A stretch of 64,000 nt of DNA, taken from positions 4,393 to 68,392 of the forward strand of contig JBDIAW010000006.1 of the NCBI GenBank assembly GCA_039812585.1. The letters run 5' to 3'. A program made the translations under genes and the position numbers. Under the pieces are notes generated by a model. That model ran no database searches. It had not been told where the DNA came from and was given only the letters and a program-made list of their open reading frames with translations. The first letter of the stretch is position 1, and every line of letters begins with the position of its first letter. Positions 9,522-18,382 of this stretch are shown piece by piece. Source of the DNA: Actinomycetota bacterium (GTDB taxonomy: Bacteria > Actinomycetota > Actinomycetes > JBDIAW01).

Positions 9522-10131
9522 ACGATTAACTCATCGCCCGTGCTCGCGGGGGTGCTTGACCCGAAGTGGCGCTGACCGGCCCTCGTGGTAGGCGGTGAAG
9601 GGGAATAACGTTTCCGCCCGTTGCTTGCGGTTCCTCAAGAGTGCGTGCCGGAGTTTCTTGCATCGCAGCGGGTCGGCATTTCTGGATGATGGCTCGAACT
9701 GTACCCACTAGTGATTGCAACACCATCCACCGTGGAGTGCACCATACGGAGATCGGATGAGGGTCTTCAAGAACTCTGACAGGAGCAGCCGAATCTGCAG
9801 ACGGGTCATAGAGGCCATCAACTGGATGGGAGAATGACAGATCACGCCAAGGATTAGCCCAATTGTCTGGGTACTCTCGTTCCCCTGGGGGTACCTCTTG
9901 CCTCATGGGTGCTCCGGTGGTGAAAGGCCCACATTGCGTGCGGGCAAGAGAAATCACGAGGGTGCCTGGACCCACCATCTCCTTGCGATCTTACCTGCAC
10001 ACCTGGCCAAAGCGCGAGGAGTCGCCTACAAATCCGCCTGAAACCCACCCGCTGTATTCGCCCCTGTTCGGCTGCAATCAACCCAAACCATCCGAGGCCG
10101 GGCTGTACTGACCAGGCCCGAGCAAGTTTGC

Positions 10132-11172
10132 TCAATGCCCCCCGTGAGAGGTGAGCTTGCGCCGCCAGCCTCGCTTGGAAGTGCGGATGGCCATAGTAGG
10201 GGGCTCGTCCACATCTGGGTCATAGTCACGCATGAGGCTGTCCAGGTGCACGTAGCCCTTCTGCTGGCTGGCCACCAGGGTTGACAGGCGCACCACCCGG
10301 GGGGCGAAGCCTGGGTCCACTGCCCCGCCGCGCAGGTGCACCGCAGCGGGTTTGACCACGGGCAGCGGTGCGGTGGAGAAAGGGGCCTGTACCAGCGGTG
10401 GGGCCAACCGCGAAGGCTCGGGTACCCCTGACTGGGTGGCAAACTGCTCGGTCGCAGCTGGAGTCCGCAGGCCCGGCTGGGTGCGGTGAGCCTGATGAGC
10501 AGCTAACTCCTCCACGCATTCCTGCACAGTGTTGATGACCGGCTCAGCGGTACCTGCCAGGCGCTCAGACACTCCTCGTAGCCACTGCCATTGCACCTGT
10601 TGGTCCGGGTCGTGCCCAGCGGCGGCAGCCTCATACCGGCTCACCAAGGCTTGGGTCAGCGCACCTAACTCCAACAGGGCTGCAGGCTCATCCGCGCACC
10701 GGCTGGGGTGGGGCGTGAGGGCAATCACCTGCGCCCCACCCTCCTCGTCCAGGCGCAGATGATTGCGGCTGACTGGCACCCAGGACAACCCCTGCTCCAC
10801 CAGCACCATGAGGCCCTGAGCCACCTGGCGGACCACGGCGAGCGCATCGGAGGCGCTGCAGCGGTCCAACCGATCCTCAGCAGCAGAGGTAGCAGGCAGG
10901 ACCACAAAAGGGCGCAGGCCTCTGACCCCTGAGTCAATAGCCGTCGCCACGCGGGGGTGAGGGTAGCGCAACACTGTGCGCAGGCTACGGAGGACATCAG
11001 CGCGGTCCAAGGGCTGGGTCACGCTGGGAAGGAGCACCAGATCAACATCAACCTCGCGCTGGCTATCCCACGCTCGCACCACCGTCGTTTCCGATGTGGT
11101 TCCTATCGGATCTGTGTAAGCCCCCGCCGAGGTGCTAGCAGCAATCAAATAATGCCCGGCCATGATCGTCAC
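10132..11172 (-). CDS. Hypothetical protein (346 aa), probably co-transcribed with the upstream DivIVA-domain gene
   Basis: A long high-GC ORF overlaps the DivIVA gene by 4 nt (ATGA). I see no motifs I can assign. Confidence 0.45.
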   Translation of the reverse strand: MTIMAGHYLIAASTSAGAYTDPIGTTSETTVVRAWDSQREVDVDLVLLPSVTQPLDRADVLRSLRTVLRYPHPRVATAIDSGVRGLRPFVVLPATSAAEDRLDRCSASDALAVVRQVAQGLMVLVEQGLSWVPVSRNHLRLDEEGGAQVIALTPHPSRCADEPAALLELGALTQALVSRYEAAAAGHDPDQQVQWQWLRGVSERLAGTAEPVINTVQECVEELAAHQAHRTQPGLRTPAATEQFATQSGVPEPSRLAPPLVQAPFSTAPLPVVKPAAVHLRGGAVDPGFAPRVVRLSTLVASQQKGYVHLDSLMRDYDPDVDEPPTMAIRTSKRGWRRKLTSHGGH

Positions 11173-12764
11173 CCGCGCTTACCGTGAAGGTTGTGATCAC
11201 CCTCACCATTGCTCCCATCCGCACCCTGCGGATCGGACTGGTCCTGCCGCACTCCAAAGGTCTGTCCCCATGCAAACTCCGCAGAACCCGACGGAGCAGG
11301 CGCAGGGCTCGAGCCGAAGCCCCAAGCGTCAAAACCATTGGTGACCGCCTCGGCATCATGAGTTGGTTCGCTCTGAGGCTGGGCCTGCGGGCTGGAAGCA
11401 AAACGGTAGGGCTGTTCGCTGGTCACCGGCGCACTGTGCACAGGCATCACCGTCACGACCGGCACCACCTGAGTACTCTCGTCGTCCTCGCCGCTGCCGT
11501 AGTACACCACCGTGCGTTGATCCGCCTCCCCCGGTTCTGGCGCATTGGCGACAGCCTGCTCGGCAAGTGACTCGCTGGGTCGCATCCACGCCGTTGGGCC
11601 GGTGGGGGGGTGGGTGGGAGCTGATTGAGGTTCCATCTCATCGGCAAAGCGCAGCGGGAAGCCGTCCTGCCCATCTGCAGGTGTCACAAGAGCAGCGGGG
11701 GCGGGGGCTACAGCGTGGCGACCAGTGACCTCAGCCTCTTGGCTGTCCACCTCATCGCTGGGCAAAGGCGCCCGAAGAGAACTGTCCCGGTGATCGGATA
11801 GGCCACCCATTGACCCCACTGAGGAAAGCTCAGAGTCCGGTGAAGGCTCAGCAGGAGTGCCTGCGGTGTCCAGCGCCTCAGCAAAGATCGGAGAGGTCGC
11901 TACCTCTTGCAGCTGGGTGGCCAACTCGTAGGCCCGGCTAGCCAACTCTTGTCGTTGCTGCTGCTGAGTCTGCGCTAGTTCATCCAGGGCAGCCACGCGT
12001 TGCTGCGCTTCGCGGATCAACCGCTCGTGCTCAGCATCGGCATGGGTGAGGATTTGATCGGCCTGCTCAGCCGCCCGGCGCTGAGCGCTTTCGATCATCT
12101 CCGTGGCTTGCTCCTGCATCTGAGCCAGCGTCTGCTCCCGCTGCTGCTCAGCCGCTAAAGCCGCCTCCTGTGCCTGCTGGGCATGCTGGCGTGCATCAGC
12201 CATCACCTGCTCGGCTTGGTGGTCTAGCTCCAGCAAACGGGCGGCAATTTGCTGCTCATGTTCCTCACGCAGAGCTTGAATCTCAGCGTGAGCCTGATCA
12301 TGCAACGCTTGGATCTGCTCGTTGGCCAGCTGCATCGTCTCGTCACGGCTTTGTTCGCCCTGCTGGTGAGCCTCCTGCACGATCTGAGCGGCCTGATTGT
12401 GGGCCTGCTCACGAACTTTGCGAGCCTCCTCTTCAGCCGCCTGCAGCACCACTCCTACCCGCATGCCCACTTCAGCGAAGTTCGCGGTGAGGTGAGGAGT
12501 CTCCACTACTGGCTCGGGTTCGGGCTTGGCTGCCACCGCAGGCAGATCCTCAGCGTGCTCCATCTGACGCACTGCCGCCCGCTCCTGCTCCATCTTCAAC
12601 GCAGTGAGCTGATCCTCCAGGCCACGGATATGGTCAAGGGCTCGATCGAACTGGGATCGGACCTGGCCAAAGTAGGTATCAACCTGATTACGGTCATACC
12701 CGCGCATCACGATAAGAAAATCTGGCTTGTGGGAGGCCTGACCATCCGCAGAGCTGCTCACCAA
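11169..12764 (-). CDS. DivIVA-domain coiled-coil protein
   Basis: The N-terminal DFLIVMRGYDRNQVDTYF matches the DivIVA signature. It is followed by a long Q/E/A-rich heptad coiled-coil and then an acidic P/S-rich tail. Confidence 0.65.
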   Translation of the reverse strand: MVSSSADGQASHKPDFLIVMRGYDRNQVDTYFGQVRSQFDRALDHIRGLEDQLTALKMEQERAAVRQMEHAEDLPAVAAKPEPEPVVETPHLTANFAEVGMRVGVVLQAAEEEARKVREQAHNQAAQIVQEAHQQGEQSRDETMQLANEQIQALHDQAHAEIQALREEHEQQIAARLLELDHQAEQVMADARQHAQQAQEAALAAEQQREQTLAQMQEQATEMIESAQRRAAEQADQILTHADAEHERLIREAQQRVAALDELAQTQQQQRQELASRAYELATQLQEVATSPIFAEALDTAGTPAEPSPDSELSSVGSMGGLSDHRDSSLRAPLPSDEVDSQEAEVTGRHAVAPAPAALVTPADGQDGFPLRFADEMEPQSAPTHPPTGPTAWMRPSESLAEQAVANAPEPGEADQRTVVYYGSGEDDESTQVVPVVTVMPVHSAPVTSEQPYRFASSPQAQPQSEPTHDAEAVTNGFDAWGFGSSPAPAPSGSAEFAWGQTFGVRQDQSDPQGADGSNGEGDHNLHGKRG

Positions 12765-13037
12765 TCCCCCTTGAACTCGGATACCACCACTACGTCCTGC
12801 TCATCAGCATGACGGTTTCGTCAGAGTCAGCTGACCGGTACACCGTCCTGCAACCCTGTCGGCCCACCCAATGCGGGCGAAACGCGGCAAATCAGGACCA
12901 CGACCCAGGATAAGGGGCCAAGTGGATTGCCGGATGGCATTCGTCAGAATCGGCCGATTGACAGGGCTCCTCAGGAAATTACTCGACGTGAGTAGCACGA
13001 CCGGCATCCCCGATTCACCGGGGCGAGCGGGGGGCTC

Positions 13038-13643
13038 CTAGCCGGTTCGGCGGGCCCGGCGACGAGCAGCCAACTCATCCTCGCTTGTCGAAGCAGTTTC
13101 ACCCAGATCGGGCTCCTGGGGATATTCAGGGGTTAAGTGAGACAAAGAACCCTCGACCTCACGCCACACGCGGCCCACGGCTATACCAAAAACCCCCTGG
13201 CCCCCTGCAACTAAATCCACCACCTCATCGGCAGAGCGGCACTCGTAAACGCTGGTGCCATCGCTCATCAGGGTCAATTGTGAGAGGTCCTCCACTCCCC
13301 GTTGACGCAGGTGCTCTACGGCAGCGCGGATGTTGGCCAAGCTCACCCCGGTATCCAACAAACGCTTAACGATCTTTAACACCAACATGTCGCGGAAACT
13401 GTAGAGGCGTTGGCTTCCTGAACCGCTGGCCGAGCGAATACTGGGCTCGACCAAGCCTGTGCGCGCCCAGTAATCCAACTGACGGTAGGTGATCCCGGTT
13501 GCTGAAGCGGCCACCGGACCCCGGAAGCCCACCTCCTGCGCTTGCGTTGCAGCAAAGAACTCGGGGAAGAGGGTGTCTTGATGGGGATGCGGTGGTGTCG
13601 CGGTGTCGTGCTGGTCTGCCATATGCCCTCCCCCCCCTGTCAT
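13038..13643 (-). CDS. MerR-family transcriptional regulator (Rv1828-like)
   Basis: The HTH is GITYRQLDYWARTGLVEPS and ...YSFRDMLVLKIVKRLLDTGVSL follows. It sits in the conserved garA neighbourhood. Confidence 0.75.
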   Translation of the reverse strand: MTGGGGHMADQHDTATPPHPHQDTLFPEFFAATQAQEVGFRGPVAASATGITYRQLDYWARTGLVEPSIRSASGSGSQRLYSFRDMLVLKIVKRLLDTGVSLANIRAAVEHLRQRGVEDLSQLTLMSDGTSVYECRSADEVVDLVAGGQGVFGIAVGRVWREVEGSLSHLTPEYPQEPDLGETASTSEDELAARRRARRTG

Positions 13644-13764
13644 CGGCCTCCAACCAGGAGCACCCCGTTTTCTCGCACGCTAGATCCCCCCACTACGGCG
13701 GTCAACCACTGCGCATCCCCGGCGAGTCCGGACACCACAGCGCGTAGGGGACAAAACCCTCCCC

Positions 13765-14250
13765 TTAGTGAGGGCTAGATCCTCCTTGTGACCCAAAATC
13801 CTCTGGGGAAACATGGTCGAGAAATTCGCGGAACTTCTCGACCTCGTCTTCCTGTTCGTCGGCAATGGTAATGCCCGCCTCCTGCAACACCTGGTCGGCA
13901 CCATAGATGGACGTATTGGTGCGTAACGCCAGGGCAATGGCATCCGAGGGACGCGCCGGCACCTGGATTCCCCCAGGGAAGATCAACTCTGCGTAGAACA
14001 CCCCATCCCGTAAATCGACGATGTGGACTGCTTCAAGGTGGTGACCTAAGGCTTGCAGGACATCTTTGAACAGATCATGGGTTAACGGACGCACCGGGCT
14101 CATACCCTGCTGAGCAAAGGCAATGGAGGTGGCCTCAACCGCACCGATCCAAATGGGCAGAAACCGCGCTCCGGCGGCCTCTTTGAGCAAAACAATGGGT
14201 TGATTAGTGGGCATCTCTACCCGTACCCCGACGACTTCAAGCTCTTTCAC
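13765..14250 (-). CDS. Bifunctional nuclease family protein (DUF151, Rv1829-like)
   Basis: LEVVGVRVEMPTNQPIVLLKE...FLPIWIG is the typical DUF151 N-terminus. The position is syntenic. Confidence 0.7.
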   Translation of the reverse strand: MKELEVVGVRVEMPTNQPIVLLKEAAGARFLPIWIGAVEATSIAFAQQGMSPVRPLTHDLFKDVLQALGHHLEAVHIVDLRDGVFYAELIFPGGIQVPARPSDAIALALRTNTSIYGADQVLQEAGITIADEQEDEVEKFREFLDHVSPEDFGSQGGSSPH

Positions 14251-14319
14251 GAGCCCACCCTACCGAGAACTGCGTCACTGGCCCAGCAGCAATCGATAGT
14301 GATCTGCTGGGGAGTAGTT

Positions 14320-15129
14320 CTACTCCGCTTGGTCGGTCAAGGTGGCGCGTACTCCCCCCTCGAGCAAGGCCGCGTGCAGACGAATCGACAACTCAGCCAG
14401 ACGCGCCGCTGAGGCCGCCACCGATTCGTTCCCCCGCTGATGAGCCAAGGGTCGCACTGCCTGCTCGATGAGACCAGCCTCTCGATCAGCGGTGGTACGC
14501 ACGATCCGCAGATGCCGCGGCTCAATGCCAAAAGTGCGCATCTGGCGCACGATGCTAGCCACGCGCACGTCAAGGTTGCTGTACTCCGGCTCGCCAGCAG
14601 CGTTAAGGCTGGCATGCACGAACCCATGTTCCTCTAAAGAGGACAGCATGGGTTCGTCGATACCTGCAGCCCGAATCAGGTCACGCTGACTGACGCGAGG
14701 GCTGGGCTTACCGGGATCCCCTAGCAAGTCGCTGGTCACACTCAGGCCCTCGCCACGCAGAGAGACAGGAGCATCCTGGGTGTGCAGGCCACCCTTGGCC
14801 AGGGGTGCCGAGGGATATCCCTGGCCTTCCTCCAGTGTGTTGATGTGCTCCCGAATCACCTTGAGGGGTAAGTAGTGGTCGCGTTGGACACGCAGGATGT
14901 AGTCCAAACGCTCAACATCAGAACGACGAAATTTGCGGTATCCAGAGGAGGTGCGCTCCGGAGTAACCAAACCCTCCGACTCAAGGAAACGGATTTTGGA
15001 GATCGTTACCTCGGGATACTTTTCTTTCAGTAACGCCAAAACCTCACCAATTCCCAGGCGAGCAGAATGGCTGGAACTAGCGCTCGTACGAACAGGTGTA
15101 GTGATCACCTCATCGGATGTAGGCATCAT
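14320..15129 (-). CDS. MerR-family transcriptional regulator (Rv1830-like)
   Basis: The N-terminal HTH is TISKIRFLESEGLVTPERTSSGYRKF. It is immediately upstream of the DUF151 gene, as in mycobacteria. Confidence 0.7.
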   Translation of the reverse strand: MMPTSDEVITTPVRTSASSSHSARLGIGEVLALLKEKYPEVTISKIRFLESEGLVTPERTSSGYRKFRRSDVERLDYILRVQRDHYLPLKVIREHINTLEEGQGYPSAPLAKGGLHTQDAPVSLRGEGLSVTSDLLGDPGKPSPRVSQRDLIRAAGIDEPMLSSLEEHGFVHASLNAAGEPEYSNLDVRVASIVRQMRTFGIEPRHLRIVRTTADREAGLIEQAVRPLAHQRGNESVAASAARLAELSIRLHAALLEGGVRATLTDQAE

Positions 15130-15657
15130 TTACGACTCCTCAGGGGTTGTCCCCGATGGGACATGGGTCATGAAAACGAGGCGGTACTTGCCGATTTGCA
15201 CTTCATCGCCGCTAGATAGGTTGGCTGTATCGATCCGTTCACGATCGACATAAGTCCCGTTAAGGCTGCCCACGTCTCTCACCGAAATGGTCTGCCCATC
15301 TCGCACAAATTCCGCGTGCCGACGCGATACCGTCACATCGTCGAGGAAGATGTCACTGTCTGGATGGCGGCCTACTGTTGTGACATCGGAATTGATGACA
15401 TAGCGATTGCCAGCGTTGGGCCCCCGGCGCACCACCAACAGCGCCGAGCCAGCAGGCAACGCTTCTAGGCCATCTTCCTGCTCCTGACCGTGAGCAGAAT
15501 CCTCCTGGTCAGCATCAATGTGTTTGAGCGAGATGGTGGAGGTGGCATCGGGAGGCAAAGCAGTGGCGTCCACGGACACCAGTGCATGGCCACAGTTTCC
15601 ACAGAAGCGGCTATCTTCGGGATTTTCATGTCCACATTGGGTGCAGAACGGCATCAA
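15130..15657 (-). CDS. garA: FHA-domain regulator GarA/OdhI homologue with an added N-terminal zinc-ribbon
   Basis: The FHA core GSALLVVRRGPNAGNRYVINSDVTTVGRHPDSDIFLDDVTVSRRHAEF...VGSLNGTYV...GDEVQIGKYRLVF is a near-copy of mycobacterial GarA. The N-terminus reads CTQCGHENPEDSRFCGNCGH (CxxC..CxxC). Confidence 0.8.
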   Translation of the reverse strand: MMPFCTQCGHENPEDSRFCGNCGHALVSVDATALPPDATSTISLKHIDADQEDSAHGQEQEDGLEALPAGSALLVVRRGPNAGNRYVINSDVTTVGRHPDSDIFLDDVTVSRRHAEFVRDGQTISVRDVGSLNGTYVDRERIDTANLSSGDEVQIGKYRLVFMTHVPSGTTPEES

Positions 15658-15958
15658 AACCTCCTGCTGCGCAGACGCAGCCTACTGCTCGTGGTCCCTG
15701 ACAGGGACGCTGCTGGACAAAATGGTGCGCAGAGAAATAGAGCTGGGATGATCAATGACGACATGCTACTCGTACTCCGGCAATGGTAGACATCCCCACC
15801 ACCTCCTCGACGCATCAACGCGCCTGAACTGAGAACATCAAGAAGGCGCAATGGTGATTTCAGCCGATTTTCTTCGATCCTTACCTTCTCTGCCCACCTC
15901 ACCTGGTAAAGGATCACACCGGCGTAGTGGACACAGCGCTCTATGTAACCAGGGCTGA

Positions 15959-17056
15959 TCATGGTGCTAATGTGCCCGCTGACGCACTAGGAGTCAACGC
16001 CGAGGAGTCACCTGGGGCCGCTACTGCATCAATACGCACGAGCTCTTGTTTGGTGATGCTGACCTGTGCATGTCGGTCATCCCGAAGGCGCTGCTGCACC
16101 CCACCTGGGAGCTCTAAAGCTGTTGCCAAAGAGACTGCGTTCCCGATCGCCCTGATCACATAGGGCTGGCTGATCGGGGAGCGATCCACCTCCACGGCGG
16201 TGGGGGTATCGACGAAGGAGGTTTGGGTCACCACGCGTGCAGCGTTGACGCTGATGGACTCCGCCCCCGCCCCTCGAAGCTCATAGATCAGGTCCACAAG
16301 GTCATCTGCGCGCACTTGTCTGGAGGTGTCAACAATGCTCACCTCGATGCCAGGCCCCTGCACGGCCACACTACCGGCCAGTATTGCCACCTCTTGAGCT
16401 TGGCGACGAGCCTGCTTCAAGGCTGCCTGCGGATCGCTTCCTCCCAACTGGGCCCGCTGGTTTTCCAAGGCAACGGTCTCCTCCTGGAGACGTTTGTTGC
16501 GTTGGGTGACCTCGTTGAGAACGCGAACCAGATCGCTTTCGCGTAGCGTGCTCAAACCTGCCTGGGAAGTCTCACGCACCTGCACCACCAAAGCAAAGCC
16601 CAACAACGCACATAACAGGGCTCCCACAATGTGACCGGTAGTGAGTCGGGGGCGCAAGAAGGTGGCGCGCAGTTTTGCTCGTCCCCGCAACCGGGCAGCC
16701 ACAACCGTCGGTTCGGGGTCAACCTCAGGCTGGGGGTGAGATTTCGGTTCGAGTGCAGGAGGCGGCGATTGCGATGCCCCAGCGGGCGCGGGATTCTCGG
16801 GATCTGACCCGGGCTCGGGTTGCGACCCCAGCACATTTTCGGGTGCAGCCTCGGTTTCAGGTGCAGCCTCGGTTATGGGTTCAGCCTCGGTTTCAGGTGC
16901 AGCCTCGGCTTCGGGTGCAGCCTCGGCTTGGGTGGGAGACTCAGTGTCTCTATCTGTGGTGTCGCTATCTGTGGTGCTTACCTCGAGGTCGCCTCCGGGC
17001 GCCTCGACCGGGTCCGGCACGGCATCCTCAGCAGAAACGTCGGATTCTTTGGCCAT
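15959..17056 (-). CDS. DUF881-family membrane protein (Rv1825-like) with an acidic A/E/P-repeat N-terminus
   Basis: A single TM segment (IVGALLCALLGFALVV) is followed by a roughly 200-aa conserved domain. The gene sits in the DUF881-DUF1290-DUF881 arrangement next to garA. Confidence 0.5.
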   Translation of the reverse strand: MAKESDVSAEDAVPDPVEAPGGDLEVSTTDSDTTDRDTESPTQAEAAPEAEAAPETEAEPITEAAPETEAAPENVLGSQPEPGSDPENPAPAGASQSPPPALEPKSHPQPEVDPEPTVVAARLRGRAKLRATFLRPRLTTGHIVGALLCALLGFALVVQVRETSQAGLSTLRESDLVRVLNEVTQRNKRLQEETVALENQRAQLGGSDPQAALKQARRQAQEVAILAGSVAVQGPGIEVSIVDTSRQVRADDLVDLIYELRGAGAESISVNAARVVTQTSFVDTPTAVEVDRSPISQPYVIRAIGNAVSLATALELPGGVQQRLRDDRHAQVSITKQELVRIDAVAAPGDSSALTPSASAGTLAP

Positions 17057-17058
17057 CG

Positions 17059-17391
17059 TTACGCCCCGAACAGGTGACGACGAATGGCGGCGGCATTGGA
17101 GAAAATGCGGATCCCCAACACCACCACCACTGCGGTGGCCAACTGTGACCCCACCCCGAGCTGATCACCCAAAAACACAATGAGGGCAGCCACAATGACG
17201 TTGGAAACAAACGAAATCACAAACACCCGGTCATTGAAAATGCCATCCAACACCGCACGTAAACCTCCAAAAGAGGCATCCAGCGCCGCCACCACCGCAA
17301 TAGGCAGGTAGGGCTGCACCCAAACCGGCACGCCGACCGGCATAAAAACGCCGATGAGTACTCCGAGAATTAACCCAGCTAACGCAAGCAT
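17059..17391 (-). CDS. Small membrane protein, DUF1290 (Rv1824/Sbp-like)
   Basis: It is an ORF of about 110 aa with three hydrophobic helices, lying between the two DUF881 genes. I chose the start at MLALAGLILGVLIG. Confidence 0.55.
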   Translation of the reverse strand: MLALAGLILGVLIGVFMPVGVPVWVQPYLPIAVVAALDASFGGLRAVLDGIFNDRVFVISFVSNVIVAALIVFLGDQLGVGSQLATAVVVVLGIRIFSNAAAIRRHLFGA

Positions 17392-17446
17392 GAGCACTTC
17401 TTTCTTCCGGTGGAGAACAGAGGTCACCTGAGGATGATGCTTCAGG

Positions 17447-18382
17447 TCACCCGGCGGGGCCGAGAGCCTGCACCTGCTCGACATAGCGCAGGTGGGGTCG
17501 TACCCCTGGCATCACCAGGCTGGTCTGCTGGGTGATGCTGACCGACACTGCTGCGACCTGCTGCAACACGCGCAACTGCTGCCCCGCTGCCCCTGTGCGC
17601 AACGCATCGGTCAGGCGTTGGCCCTCTCCGCACGCGCGAACCACGTAAGGCGCCAGAAGCGGTTGATAGTCGACCAGGATAGTCTGCCCTGCCTGACGAA
17701 TAGCGGTGGTTGCCAGCAAACGGTGCCCATTGATGGACACGGCCTGGGCGCCCTGGTGCCACAAACCATTGACCACGCGTTGCAGGTCACGATCACTCAG
17801 GTGCAGCGCCATACTCCTCTGGGTCCTCCTGGGACCTGCGGCCTGGGTTTGACCAGCAAATAGATCATGCACGCTCAGCTCCACACCAGGACAGCTCAGG
17901 CCGGTCAGGCCTGCTTGAGTGCTATCACGCAGGGGTTGAGTGAGGGGAGTCCCCGGGGGCGCCGAGAAGCCCTCTAACGCCGCTATCTGCGCTGCCACGG
18001 CATCAAGGCGTAGCTGTAGTTGCTGCGTGGTGGCTTGCCGGCGGCCAATCTCCTGCTCCAAGGCCTGCCGGGTCTGTTCTAGGGGCTCCTGGCGGGAGCG
18101 AGCTTGTGCGAAGGTGATCACGGTGATCAGGCTCAACAGCGCCGCTGCCACCAGGGTGAGCACACTGGCTCTGGTGCTGGGGCGCCCTGCTAAACGTTGT
18201 TGCTGGGCACGAGCTGCCTTGGCATAGCTAGGATCCACACTTTCGGCCATCACAGCTTCTAACAGAGAACGCATCCATAGAGGCCGCACCGGCGCGCTGC
18301 GCACCCCCGGGGAGGGGGATTGGTCAGGCTGGCCTTCCGGCTGTGTCACGTGAGTTCCTCCTGGGGCAATCTCAGGCGCCAA
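17447..18382 (-). CDS. DUF881-family membrane protein (Rv1823-like)
   Basis: It has an N-terminal TM segment (LTLVAAALLSLITVITF), and the C-terminal region is paralogous in layout to 15959..17056. Confidence 0.5.
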   Translation of the reverse strand: MAPEIAPGGTHVTQPEGQPDQSPSPGVRSAPVRPLWMRSLLEAVMAESVDPSYAKAARAQQQRLAGRPSTRASVLTLVAAALLSLITVITFAQARSRQEPLEQTRQALEQEIGRRQATTQQLQLRLDAVAAQIAALEGFSAPPGTPLTQPLRDSTQAGLTGLSCPGVELSVHDLFAGQTQAAGPRRTQRSMALHLSDRDLQRVVNGLWHQGAQAVSINGHRLLATTAIRQAGQTILVDYQPLLAPYVVRACGEGQRLTDALRTGAAGQQLRVLQQVAAVSVSITQQTSLVMPGVRPHLRYVEQVQALGPAG

